From Flaccisagitta enflata (lineage: Eukaryota): a DNA stretch of 64,000 bases. Below are positions 1-11,132 of this stretch, in pieces; positions within the stretch are counted from its first letter, which is position 1, and each line of letters starts with the position of its first letter. A program made the translations under genes and the position numbers. The notes below the pieces were generated by a model that searched no databases, was not told where the DNA came from, and saw only the letters and a list, made by a program, of their open reading frames with translations. The stretch is from assembly GCA_965153355.1 (NCBI GenBank), contig OZ231126.1:4030001-4094000 (forward strand). Direction: 5' to 3'.

Positions 1-603
1 CAAAACTTATTCGTGCCGGCAAAAACTTGTTTGAGCCAGCTAGCCCGCAAAAGCATATTCATGTGCATGCCCGCGAAAACTTATTAGTACATGCAAAAAT
101 TAGGTCGGCGATTATAAATTGTCATTCGTGTGTGCAAAAATGATCTGGATTTTACCAATACCATTCGCAATCATTAAGAAAATGAGTAAAATACCGTGAG
201 ACAAAAGAGACATTCACATTCATGAGAAGTACGGATAAATAATGCCGTCTAACCAAAAGAAGACAACGCCATAGAAAAACAACAGCAGCGTTAGTCGAGA
301 ATTCATGGCACATTTAAAGCGCCGGAAGAGATAACGGAATTATTACTCACCTAATTACCGCATCCTACAGCGAATTACTCACCCACTTCCTGCGGAGAGC
401 GGAGACCCGTATTCGCCGCTGGCCCGCTGCCACAGTTCTCTGACGCCGCTGAAAGATAAAAAGTTAAGAAAAGCCGATGATGCTTCACTGCTGCGTAGCA
501 GCTGCTGCTGCTTCAGCTGCGCAGGGGCGAGTCATAAACGCTGCTTCGCCGTGTTTTTCGTTGTCGAACTGCGGCAACTACACGTCACGCCCGCGACTGT
601 CTG

Positions 604-639
<36 letters not shown>

Positions 640-1174
640 AAAGTGGCCCTCATCGCGCATAATCGTTTCGGCTGTTTCCCTAATTGGGCGTTAGTGCTAC
701 GGTTGCTGACGGTTGCTGACCTTCAGTCTTTGACGACATTTCCAGTTCCACTGGTCATGCTCGCTGCCCGTCACGACAGTGCGTATCCTCAACACTCAAG
801 GTAAGTTTGCCAGCTATAATATAACGCCTAGTCTGTTAAGCGGGATTGCAGGAAACTTTCTCATTCGTTGTCACAATCTCTATTCATTTTTCCTCTTGAT
901 GCAGAACTGTGCTTATCGTCACGTTGCAAGGATAAAGAAAAACGACACGGGCGGTAGTCTTCAACCTCACGAAAATTGGCTGGTTGACCCCGATAGGTAG
1001 GTATTGAGTGCAAGAGTTGAATACATTCGATTCTCCGCTGCACAACGGAAGGCCTTCTTCTTTCTTTTTCTCTTTCTTTGTTTCTTTGTTTGTTTCTTTG
1101 TTTCTCTCTTTCCTTCTTTCTCATTCTTTCTATCTGTCTTTTTCATTCTTTCTTTCTGTCTTTCTTTCTTTCGT

Positions 1175-1205
<31 letters not shown>

Positions 1206-1274
1206 CATTCTTTCTTTCTCATTCTTTCTTTGTCTTTCTCTTTCTTTCAGTCTTTCTCTTTCTTTCTGTCTTTC

Positions 1275-1341
<67 letters not shown>

Positions 1342-1618
1342 CTTTCTTTCTTTCTTTCTTTCTTTCTCTTTCTTTCTTTATTTCTTTCTGTCTTTCTCAT
1401 TCTGTCTTTCTGTCTTTCTCATTCTGTCTTTCTTTCTCATTTTTTCTTTCTTTCCTTCTCATTCTTTCTTTCTTTCTCTCTTTCTTTCTTTCTTTCTTTC
1501 TCTTTGATAATGTGGTCCTGCTTTTACTTCCTTGTCTTTCTTTCCCTCTCAAGACTAGAATCTCCTGTCGATCAGTCCGTCGGTCCGTCCATCCCTTCTT
1601 TCCTTCATCTCTTTCCTT

Positions 1619-1782
1619 ATTAGTTGCGGACACGCAACTCTATAAGAGGCTTTGTCCGTCCGTCGTCCGTCGGTCGGTTGGTCGGTCCGTAGCTAGGTGA
1701 TCGAGTCAAAAACTGGGAAAATGCGCATATCCGCCCCTGCCCACCCGTCCGCAACTGGTGGCCGTGTATCCGGCCTTGTTCC
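1619..1782 (+). mobile_element. Short HINE/DINE-1-like element, family A. Related copies at ~5278-5402, 12418-12702, 20456-20655, 41142-41290, 43934-44180, 48666-49041, 50201-50322, 53219-53332
   Basis: TTAGTTGCG..CGCAACT 5' stem-loop, CTATAAGAGG, (GTCY)n tract, GGCC..GGCC hairpin, TTGTT end, inserted in T-runs. Confidence 0.75.
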
Positions 1783-2090
1783 AGTTTTTCCTTCTCTTTC
1801 CTTTTTCAACACCAATTTCCTTTTTTCATACATTTCCTTCTTCCTGTCCATCCTTTTTTCCTTTCGTGCCTTTTTATCTTTTCTTTCAGGCTTCCGGATC
1901 TCTCTTTCATTTTCTTTCCAGTTTCTGTAAAGTCTTAACCATTTTCCATCTTCACTTATCATTTAAATTCCGACACCATGTAAATGTTTTTTTCTGTAAT
2001 CAAGTTGTAATATGTCAGCTCACCCCGCTAATGATTTGCCGCAATTTCCCATGTTTTCCCTTTCCGTACAACCCCGCTTAGGTCGGGAAA

Positions 2091-2207
2091 ATGGGGTCTC
2101 TTTTTCGATCCGAGGAGATGGTTCTCTGCCAACTCTTCCTTCAGTCGGAGGCTGCTTACGCCTGCGTTTCCGAACTCGGAGAATTGGGACTCGTCCAATT
2201 TAGAGAT
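2091..2207 (+). CDS. ATP6V0A1: V-ATPase V0 subunit a, first coding exon (plus-strand partial copy)
   Basis: Translates [39 protein letters not shown], the conserved subunit-a N-terminus. AG at 2080-81, GTAAG at 2208. Probable 5'UTR exon donor at 801 (CAAG|GTAAGT). Confidence 0.9.
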
Positions 2208-2969
2208 GTAAGATTACAGTTTACTAATATCTACATGAAAGTGACTGGGTGAACTTGTCAAGTTTGAATGAGTGACAGTCAGGGGTGTAATTGTAAATAG
2301 GCCTGGGGAGTGGAGGGAGATGAAAAGCTCACAAGTCATCCAAGGATTGCACATGGTCAGCGGTTCCCGATGCCCTGCATGGAGTGATAGCTGAAGAAGT
2401 GGAGTGAGAGCAGGGCAGCGGCCCCAAAGGGCGTATGTCCTGTAGGACACAGGGGTGAATTTCCATACGTCCTGAGAGGGCATATTTGAGGCCTTTGGAG
2501 CCATTTTCCAAAATATTCAATGGGAGTTTTGCATTTTTTTAATTTCTCATTAATTTTTCATGTTATTCAATGGGAATTTCACATTTTTTTTCATTTTTCA
2601 TCAATTTCCAATGTTATTCAATGGGAAGTTTGCATTTTTTCAATTTCCCATGTTATTCAATAGGGAAGCTTTGGGGGGGGGGTGATGGACGGAAGGACGG
2701 ATGTATGGAAATTCACCCCTGTGTCCTACAGAACATCGGCCCTTTGGGGCCGCTGCCCAAAAAGTGCTTAAACATACCCCTAATGCGTGCTTATAGTTGG
2801 TGATTGTTTTTTGTCTTGCCGATATTTTCCCTTAGATTTAACCATCATATCTTCATAGCTGTAATGTTAAAGCTCATCCTAGTTTATGAATGATGAAATG
2901 GCCGATTTATTAACCTTGAACCCCACTTCCATCTTACGATCTTGCATGTGATTTTTTGCCTATCCGCAG

Positions 2970-3048
2970 TTGAATCCGGACGTGAATGCGTTTCAAAGGA
3001 AATTCGTCAACGAAGTTCGCCGATGCGACGAGATGGAGAGGAAATTAC
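2970..3048 (+). CDS. ATP6V0A1: V-ATPase V0 subunit a, second coding exon (plus-strand partial copy; no further exons follow)
   Basis: LNPDVNAFQRKFVNEVRRCDEMERKL(R), flanked by CAG and GTAAGT. Confidence 0.9.
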
Positions 3049-4010
3049 GTAAGTTCATTTATGGTCTTATGAATGACATGGCTCATTGGCTGCCGTACGT
3101 TATTGCCTCGAGGTAGATTTATTGGTACCCTTGCCTCTTCTCTTACGAACTCCCGAGCTAAACGGTCCTCTTCACACACACGCACACAACAGTAGTGATG
3201 ACGCACATCCATCTGACCGTCTATGAAGTCTTATTTCTCCATTGTGGGTAATACAATATCCGCAATTATAAGTGCCTCTGCCCATCTACGTACGACTCAA
3301 GAACAAGTGGCATGGGAGCATACAACCCCCATCCATACTCTCCCCCACCTCATGCTCACTTACATCTAGACAATCATTAAATCTGCATGTTATTGTATGT
3401 TTTCACACTTTTCGACTCGATCATCACGGACCAACGCACGTATCAACAGACGGACCAACAGACTAACGGGCGAAGTTGCTTGTCCGCAACTAAAAGTAAA
3501 AATCTGATGGGGGGGGGGGGGGGTAAATCAGGCCTCAGGCCCCATGTCAGGCTTTTCAGACCCCAAATTAGACCCCTCAGACCCAAATAAGGCCTTTCAG
3601 ACCCAAAATCAAGCCTCTCAGACCCCAAACAACGCCTCTCACACCCTAAATCAGACCTTTCAGAGCCAAAATCAGGTCTCTCAGCACTCCAAACCAGCTC
3701 CTCAAACTGGAGAAAATTGTCCTATGTGGAATCATAGGTCATTGGCCCCTCCGGGGCCGCTGCCCCTGTCATAATCTCATTCCCACATACACTAACTTAG
3801 GGGCATCGGGTACCGCTGACCATGTAACGCTTTTGCGACTATTACATTTACGGTCTTGATCCTGACTCAGTCTCAGACTTCGTCTCATGCTAAGTGGACG
3901 TGGCGAATTGGAGAGCTCCCCTACATCGTCAATGCATAGCAGTAAGGTGTTAGGAAAAACCGCTTGTAAATATTTGTATCAAATGATTGGCTCATCGCAT
4001 ATTCTTCCAG

Positions 4011-4182
4011 AGGCTCATCGCCACAAGACCAGCATGAGACCAAAATCAGTTTGAAAGTGGAAGTGACTCCAAAGCCCATTTTGGAATTACGGGCTCAAAA
4101 TCCTCTCATGTCACTCATGTGGGAGGAAATGGTGGCGGAAAACCTGCGCTCCCTCAAAGCAAATCAAATCAACGCCATACAA
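4011..4182 (+). CDS. Myosin XV-like C-terminal FERM region, exon n-3
   Basis: CCAG acceptor and GTAAG donor. Translates GSSPQDQHETKISLKVEVTPKPILELRAQNPLMSLMWEEMVAENLRSLKANQINAIQ, in phase with the next exon. Confidence 0.7.
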
Positions 4183-4397
4183 GTAAGCAAAGAGAAATCA
4201 TCTCGGACATTTCATTGTGTCAAATACTCGAAGTAAGAACTGAGAAAACAATGCGAGCCAACATTTACGCCTGAATTGTAGTAAATCATGAAGCGTTACT
4301 GTACAACCGACAGACAGCCTGCTACCGACGTGCACTGTACCCGGTAGCTTTTTTTTATATAATCCAATTACTATAGCATTTTTTTCTCTTCAACCAG

Positions 4398-4567
4398 GCC
4401 AAGACTCATTTTTTGAAGATCCTGGAAACTCGGTTCAAGCACTTTGGAGCGTCCTTTTTCGAAGTGTTTTGGATTTCGCATCCCTCCACTCCGATGGAAG
4501 AGGTGCAAAACAAAGTCTTTCTGGCAATATCCAAACACGGTATCGAATTCATCGATCCTATGTCCAG
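4398..4567 (+). CDS. Myosin XV-like C-terminal FERM region, exon n-2
   Basis: AKTHFLKILETRFKHFGASFFEVFWISHPSTPMEEVQNKVFLAISKHGIEFIDPMSR carries the MyTH4-FERM myosin pattern FGS.FF...LA.NKHG..F.D. Canonical AG/GT. Confidence 0.85.
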
Positions 4568-4716
4568 GTCCGTAAATTGTCAAGTAAATTGTCTAGTCAC
4601 AAATTGTCAAGTCAAGTCACGTGTGGGATTTTTACATTATACATGAATTTACCATATAGCTTACATTCTCTATCCGTCAAAATCAAATCAAATTTCTTTT
4701 TTTTTTTTTACCTCAG

Positions 4717-4765
4717 GGAGATCATAAATCACTTTCCTTTCCATCAAGTATTCTCAACCAGAAAG
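4717..4765 (+). CDS. Myosin XV-like C-terminal FERM region, exon n-1
   Basis: EIINHFPFHQVFSTRK. Long polypyrimidine tract plus CAG, GTAAG donor, phases match both neighbours. Confidence 0.85.
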
Positions 4766-5049
4766 GTAAGCAATTGGAGCTGTTGGAATGTGTATTTCGT
4801 AGCATAATGCCACCAAACTGATCGCAAAGCCATGTATACATGTAGGCCTACAAAGTTAACTATAAGAAAACAAGGGTGAATAATTACATTTGTAAATGAA
4901 TGATTGAATAAACAGTTGAGTGAATCATTAAATGAGTGAACGATCAACAAATCAACCTAACAAGTTTGCCAACATGGTTCCCTTCTAGCGATGCAAGGAC
5001 GCGTTTATATCTAAGAGAGCCTTTATTTCATTTCGTCCCCTAATGCCAG

Positions 5050-5226
5050 GTGACGGACGGTTGTGACCAATACCTGGACTTGAAATGCGGCAATCTGATG
5101 GTGCAAAAGGTGACGCGAGTGAAGACGAATCAATGCGAAATCATTTCCTCATTAATCGGCCAATACACGGAAAATATGGCCAAATACGAACAGGCCAAAA
5201 AGGACTCTGTAGTCACGTTGATTTGA
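5050..5226 (+). CDS. Myosin XV-like terminal coding exon
   Basis: VTDGCDQYLDLKCGNLMVQKVTRVKTNQCEIISSLIGQYTENMAKYEQAKKDSVVTLI*. The LD.KCGNLM.Q..TR..T.Q motif resembles the C-terminus of arthropod myosin XV (Myo10A/Sisyphus). Confidence 0.85.
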   Translation: MTDGCDQYLDLKCGNLMVQKVTRVKTNQCEIISSLIGQYTENMAKYEQAKKDSVVTLI

Positions 5227-6271
5227 CGGGGACAAGTCAGTGACACGAACGCATTGACTCATATACGCATGTCAGTCTTTAGATGTGTCATTGCATCTCT
5301 ACAAGAAGGTCTGTCCGTCAGTCGGTCTGTCCGTAAGTGCCTTACGCGCCTGTGCGCTAATCGCGCAAATGATGCATAGAGTAGCCTGGATGGGCTTGTT
5401 TTTTTTTTCAATCATCAGAAGCTTAAAACTATTACATTTCAACGATATACAAATCAGCGAGAGTTTAAAAAATCTTGTTTTAGTGAGATTTACAATGCAG
5501 ATGCAATCATGTAGCAATTACCTTCTAAGGAGCAAATGATTTCAACACATTCATCTTTTACACGCGCCAAATCAAGTTTGTAAGAAGCCATTTCCGTCAA
5601 CAGACTTTGTGACGCTTAACTCTCTTCGTACTTGAACCTGGTTCTAACATTATTCTTAATTGAATGACAGATTAAACCTGCCACATAAATATTTCATTGC
5701 TTGATGCCAGTTCAAAAAACACTAAAACAGCCCAGTGAGGGGAAACTAAACCCAATCATTCACTTGCAATAGATTTCCTAGATTCAGTTAAACATTCTTT
5801 TGAAAAAACTCCATAGACCAGCTCTTTTCTTGTGTAGGTTAAATGAACAGGAGTGTAATGTTTTTTTGAGTGCGTGCCAAGCTAGTGAACAAACGTGACA
5901 TGATGACGCCGATCCTCCATCATGAGAAGTTTTAGAACCATGAAAAACCCCATTAATGAAAAAAGAACAAAGAAAAAACTTAGGGCGTGTTTCTAGTGTG
6001 GATGAAAAACGCGTTTCTTCCCGTGAAATGTGCTCACACTATGAACATATATGTATATTCAAGAATTTCAACTGTTCCACGAGGGAGTGAGTCAGCCCAT
6101 GAACGGAACCAGCGAGCGAGCGCAGCGAAGTAGAGCGTTGCAGAGCGAGTAAACTGAGCGGTGTGAGCAAACAAATTACAAATGTAGCGAGCGACCGAGT
6201 GGTGCGTTAAAAACGCGATTGTCTGACTAGAAACGCACCCATCAAAGAAAACTTGGTCTCTATAGACATAC

Positions 6272-6387
6272 CCCAGCTGCAAAAATGTATTGAGGGAGAT
6301 GCTTTCGGCGTTGGTGTCGGCGAGCAAACTGGTGTTCTCATCTGATCTGGAGACGGCGGGAAATGAAGTCCGCGCTGCCATTTCCGC
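6272..6387 (-). CDS. ATP6V0A1: V-ATPase V0 subunit a, coding exon 5 (variable linker)
   Basis: Phase-0 AAG acceptor, AEMAARTSFPAVSRSDENTSLLADTNAESISLNTFLQLG, then phase-2 GTATGT donor at the expected LG|FVAG position. Confidence 0.7.
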
Positions 6388-7182
6388 CTTGAATATTTTT
6401 ACATGCACACAAGTCAATCAGGGCGTGTTTGCAGTGATGACAACAATCGCGAACATTCCCGTCGATCGCGTTTACATCATGCACACAAATAAATTAAAAT
6501 CATCCCTCGAAGAGCAAAATGAGCGAGCAAGTCAATTGACAGAGCAAGCAAATGCAGCAAGCGAACAAAGCAACCATATTGAAAATGTTGTAAAGAGTAT
6601 GTAAACTAAGTGAGCGGTGCAAACGAACGAACGAATATGGCGACCAAACGAGTGGCTCTATGTATACACGATTGCAACATGTAGATACTGGCCCTCACTC
6701 TTGAAGACATGTATGGATACCAATTTCACCCGCCCATTGTTGAAACGTGGGACAAAATCACATCATGCACCAAATGCCCGCCCGAACAGTTTTTACATAG
6801 TGAAAGCAAATGATAGCTTTATAGTTGCGGTCCGTCCATCTGTCCGCGATCTCTCGCGCCAACCCCGCTCCGGCGAGCATCCTTACCAGTCCCTATTACT
6901 ACCCACAGCGACTGCTATCATTCTGAGACTGTCCACACTCCAGACAGTCATTCGCCAATCGCAAAAATTGTGTGACCACGCCCGTGTGCTTCATTTTGCG
7001 CTAAACTCAAGCAGAAGGGGGTTTACAGCAGCCAGATGTTTACATGGAGCACTGATACCAGGCCGCCAGTATTCAAAACCAGATAAACATATAGATAGCA
7101 TCATCGCGTCATTAGCCCTAGGCCAAGTCAGCCAAGTCGGCTTTTAGGTTAGTAAGATAGATGAAATAAATGACGAACTAAC

Positions 7183-7311
7183 CTCCTCGAAGAAGAGCTG
7201 AGTTTTCCTGAGAATGTGTTTGAGTTCGGTGAGTTCGAGGAAGTTCTTTTTCAGGGCCTCCGCGTTTGTATTCACTTCCTTCATCTCATTCTCCAACTTT
7301 TCAAATGTCGC
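7183..7311 (-). CDS. ATP6V0A1: V-ATPase V0 subunit a, coding exon 4
   Basis: [43 protein letters not shown], 129 nt, flanked by CAG and GTTAGT. Confidence 0.95.
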
Positions 7312-8200
7312 CTGAAAGCAAGAAACAAGTCAAGTCAGAAGACGATAATCATTCATCACATTCACACATTCACTTGCTTCATCTCATTCTCCAACTTTTC
7401 AAAAGTCGCCTGAAAGCAAGAAACAGAAAGAAAGTCAGAAGACGATAATCATTCATCGCATTCATTCATTTATTCACTTCCCTCATCTCATTCTCCAACT
7501 TTTCAAATGTCGCCTGAAGCAAGAAACAGAAGTCAAGTCAGAAGACAATAATCATTCATCACATTCACACATTCACTTCCTTCATCTCATTCTCCGACTT
7601 TTCAAATGTCGCCTGAAAGCAAGAAACAGAAGTAAAGTCAGAAGACAATAATCATTCATCTCATTCATTCACTTCCCTCATCTCATTCTCCAACTTTTCA
7701 AATGTCGCCTGAAAGCAAGAAACAGAAGTAAAGTCAGAAGACCATAATCATTCATCACATTCACTTCCTTCATTCTCCTACTTTTCAAATATCGCCTGAA
7801 AGCAAGAAACAGAAGTCAGAAGACGATAATCATTCATCAAATTCATTCATTCACTTCCTTCATCTCATTCTCCAACTTTTCAAATGTCACCTGAAAGCAA
7901 GAAATAGAAGTTAAGTCAGAAGATGATAATCATTCATCACATTCATTCATTCACCTCCCTCATCTCATTCTCCAACTTTTCAAATGTCGTCTGAAAGCAA
8001 GAAACACAAGTCAGAAGACGATAATCATTCATCAAATTCATTCATTCACTTCCTTCATCTCATTCTCCAACTTTTCAAATGTCGCCTGAAAGCAAGAAAC
8101 ACAAGTCAGAAGATGATAATCATTCATCACATTCATTCATTCACTTCCCACATCTCATTCTCCAACTTTTCAAATGTCGCCTGAAAGCAAGAAACAGAAG
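7271..8200 (-). repeat. ~100-bp tandem array spanning the acceptor of V-ATPase exon 4 (10 acceptor copies)
   Basis: Unit = intron end plus the first ~40 nt of the exon ([14 protein letters not shown]). Confidence 0.95.
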
Positions 8201-8672
8201 CAGGGGTGTACAAATTTGAGCGACTTTTGATTTCATCCCCCCCTGGTCTTTGATTTCCTTCCCGGCCCATTCGAAAAACTTTGATTTTCTACCCCATGGA
8301 GTGTAAATATAGTAAAAATATTGACAGGGGCCTACTCTGGAATTCACTACATCAGCCTTAAACCAATAGGTAAAAGCTACCGTAACATAGAAATCAATGG
8401 CTTCAGGGGATTCATTTAAAAAATTCCCCAAACAAAACTTACGTGGCCCGATTTGCCCCCCCCCCCTGGCCTACATTTGTTAACAAGTCAACAACCAGGC
8501 TTACCTCCAAACCGATTATTTCTTTTGGTTGAGGCTATAATTCATAAATAGTCTATATTCGTTAACAACATGTCAACAACCAAACTCACCTCCGAATCGA
8601 TCATTTCTTTTGGTTGAGGCTATATAATTCATAGTCTATATTCGTTAACAACCTGTCAACAACCAAACTAAC

Positions 8673-8770
8673 CTCCAAATCGATCATTTCTCTTGGTTGG
8701 GGCGCGTCTGGATTTTCACCCGTGTCCAACATTGGAATGTCATCCTTACGAATCTCCTTTTCCAAAAATC
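8673..8770 (-). CDS. ATP6V0A1: V-ATPase V0 subunit a, coding exon 3
   Basis: (R)FLEKEIRKDDIPMLDTGENPDAPQPREMIDLE; phase-1 start matches the end of exon 2. Confidence 0.95.
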
Positions 8771-9306
8771 CTGAAAAAAAGGCAATTTTTTGACCATGAA
8801 AAACATATGAATTTTTTACGTCAACAAGGATTAGGACCCGCCCCCCCCCCATCAGATTTTTACTTTTAGTTGCGGACAAGCGACTTCGTCCGTCAGTCTG
8901 TTGGTCCGTCTGTTGATACGTGCGTTGGTCCGTGATAATCGAGTCGAAAAGTGTGAAAACATAAAAAAACATGCTGATTTGATGACTGTCTAGATGTAAG
9001 TGAGCATGAGGTGGGGGAGAGAGTATGGATGGGGGTTGTATGCTCCCATGCCACTTGTTCTTGAGTCGTACGTAGATGGGCAGAGGCACTTATAATTGCG
9101 GATATTGTATTACCCACAATGGAGAAATAAGACTTCATAGTCAGATGGATGTGCGTCATCACTACACTGTTGTGTGCGTGTGCGAAGAGGACCGTTTAGC
9201 TCGGGAGCTCGTTAGAGAAGAGGCAAGGGTAGCAATAAATCTACCGAGGCAATTGCGTACAGCAGCCAATGAGCCATGTCATTCATAAGACCATAAATGA
9301 ACTTAC

Positions 9307-9385
9307 GTAATTTCCTCTCCATCTCGTCGCATCGGCGAACTTCGTTGACGAATTTCCTTTGAAACGCATTCACGTCCGGATTCAA
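9307..9385 (-). CDS. ATP6V0A1: V-ATPase V0 subunit a, coding exon 2
   Basis: Exact reverse complement of 2970-3048. Confidence 0.95.
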
Positions 9386-9471
9386 CTGCAGATAGGCATA
9401 AGAATCACATGCAAGATCGTGAGACAGAAGTGGGGTTCAAGGTTATCAAATCGGCCATTTCATCATACATA

Positions 9472-10078
9472 CTATCTTCGCCAAAAGAAACGCGACACCC
9501 TGGGAATGATATGATTTATTGACCATATTCTGATAAAATTTGGCTACTGAAAGGGTTTGTAAGTCAAGTAAGTTATTTTTATAAGAAACAAACCAGGCTG
9601 TGAGTCTAAATTGCAATTTCTGACGCATTTCTTCATTAACAGATGCGATAACCTTTTCTTATTTGTCCACAGTTTTTGCAAGCCTTTAATTTTCAAAACA
9701 TGTCTTGTTTTTTGCTTGCCATTTCCAAACGGTTTGAGCTGCAGAACCCAGATTGAGCTCATCTTTTAGATTTTTTGAAGTAGATTAATTTGCTTTTTTG
9801 GAAAAAGTATCTAGCTTGACCAGAAGCTGAGATAACTAAAATTAAGCTTAAATGAAATTTTTTCCATTTTTTTCCATAATTTTTCATCAATTCTGAAAAT
9901 GACTATTTCCCCTCTTTTGCTTCCCATTTCTAAACGCTTTAAGATACAATTACCAGATTGGACTCATTTTGTAGATCTTTTGAAGTAGATTAATATGTTT
10001 TTTTTAAAAAGTTTCTGGCTTTTCTAGAAGCAAAGATATTCAAGGTAGAAGATGTCGCGTTTCTTTTGGCGAAGATAG
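9472..10078. mobile_element. MITE, Tc1/mariner-type
   Basis: TIR CTATCTTCGCCAAAAGAAACGCGACA, TA flanks; empty site in the left arm near 2885. Confidence 0.9.
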
Positions 10079-10318
10079 TATATACTGGGATGAGCTTTTA
10101 ACATTACAGCTATGAAGATATATGATGGTTAAATCTAAGGAAAAATATCGGCAAGACAAAACACAATCACCAACCATATGCACTCATTAGGGGTATATTT
10201 AAGTACTCATTAGCTTTTCATCTCCCTCCACTCCCCAGGCCTATTTACACCCCTGACTGTCACTCATTCTAACTTGACAAGTTCACCAAGTCAATGAAAC
10301 ACTTTCATGTAGATATTA

Positions 10319-10903
10319 CTATCTTGGAAAAAATAAAAGTCCAGGACGTTTTGTCATATTATAGCTTTGATATACATGATTTGATATAAAAATTGGTGAC
10401 TAAAATGGAGCCAATAAACAGGGCTAGCAAATGGTGCCAAGCTGAGACTCATTGCGTTCACTTAAATTTTATATTAAAATGAGTGGAAGTGTTGATTTTA
10501 GAAATGGACACAAAACTTGAATAGATTATAAATGCACGACTTTTTGTTACAGTGTTGCTTTGATATGCAAAATTTGAAAGGAAAATCAGTGACCATTTTA
10601 AAGCTCTTGATCAGGGCAATCTATTGCCGCCAAGCAGAGACTCATAGCTCTTTTCATTTGGATTCTACATCAAAAAGAGTGAGAACGTTCATTCTCAGAA
10701 ATTGTAAAAAAATGTGTGGGGGCATAATACTTCAAAATGGCATCATACTCTTTACCAAGACATACCCTTACAGATGCAAACGGTTTCTAAAATTCAAAAA
10801 GGTTATTCTAAGCACTGGGCTTATGAAAATGGTCATTATTTTATCAGATTTGCAATCAAATCATTCTTTTATCCAGCTTGGACTTTTATTTTTTCCAAGA
10901 TAG
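10319..10903. mobile_element. MITE / deleted Tc1-like element
   Basis: TIR CTATCTTGGAAAAAATAAAAGTCCA, TA flanks; absent from the left arm. Confidence 0.9.
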
Positions 10904-10920
10904 TAGTACTGTAATCTTAC

Positions 10921-11037
10921 ATCTCTAAATTGGACGAGTCCCAATTCCCCGAGTTCGGAAACGCAGGCGTAAGCAGCTTCAGACTGGAGGAAGAGTTGGC
11001 AGAGAACCATCTCCTCGGATCGAAAAAGAGACCCCAT
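10921..11037 (-). CDS. ATP6V0A1: V-ATPase V0 subunit a, coding exon 1 (ATG at 11037)
   Basis: Same peptide as 2091-2207, with four synonymous differences. Probable 5'UTR exon donor at 13474. Confidence 0.95.
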
Positions 11038-11132
11038 TTTACCGACCTAAGCGGGGTTGTACGGAAAGGGAAAACATGGGAAATTGCGGCAAATCATTAG
11101 CGGGGTGAGCTGACATATTACAATTTGATTAC

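Larger units (their letters stand above)
1..3522. repeat. Left arm of a large diverged inverted duplication (partner ~8840-15194); truncated by the window start
   Basis: Colinear reverse-complement match to 8840-15194. ORF 477..662 (+) mirrors 14384..14716 (-), and ORF 3272 (+) mirrors 9089 (-). Similarity ends in the poly-G at ~3509-3523 / poly-C at ~8841-8850. Confidence 0.95.

Noticed and set aside
1004-1700. Phe/Leu/Ser-rich ORFs resembling membrane proteins
   Set aside because: (TCTT)n microsatellite in a V-ATPase intron; much shorter in the other arm.
2970-4182. Direct in-frame V-ATPase-myosin XV fusion through 3048->4011
   Set aside because: A phase-1 donor meets a phase-2 acceptor and gives TGA at 4052. 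Only exon skipping or a non-standard GAG acceptor would keep frame.
6617-7147. 176-aa plus-strand ORF, or an alternative V-ATPase linker exon on the minus strand
   Set aside because: No recognisable domain. The candidate minus-strand exons I tested that end at the 6886 donor contain stops in the required phase.
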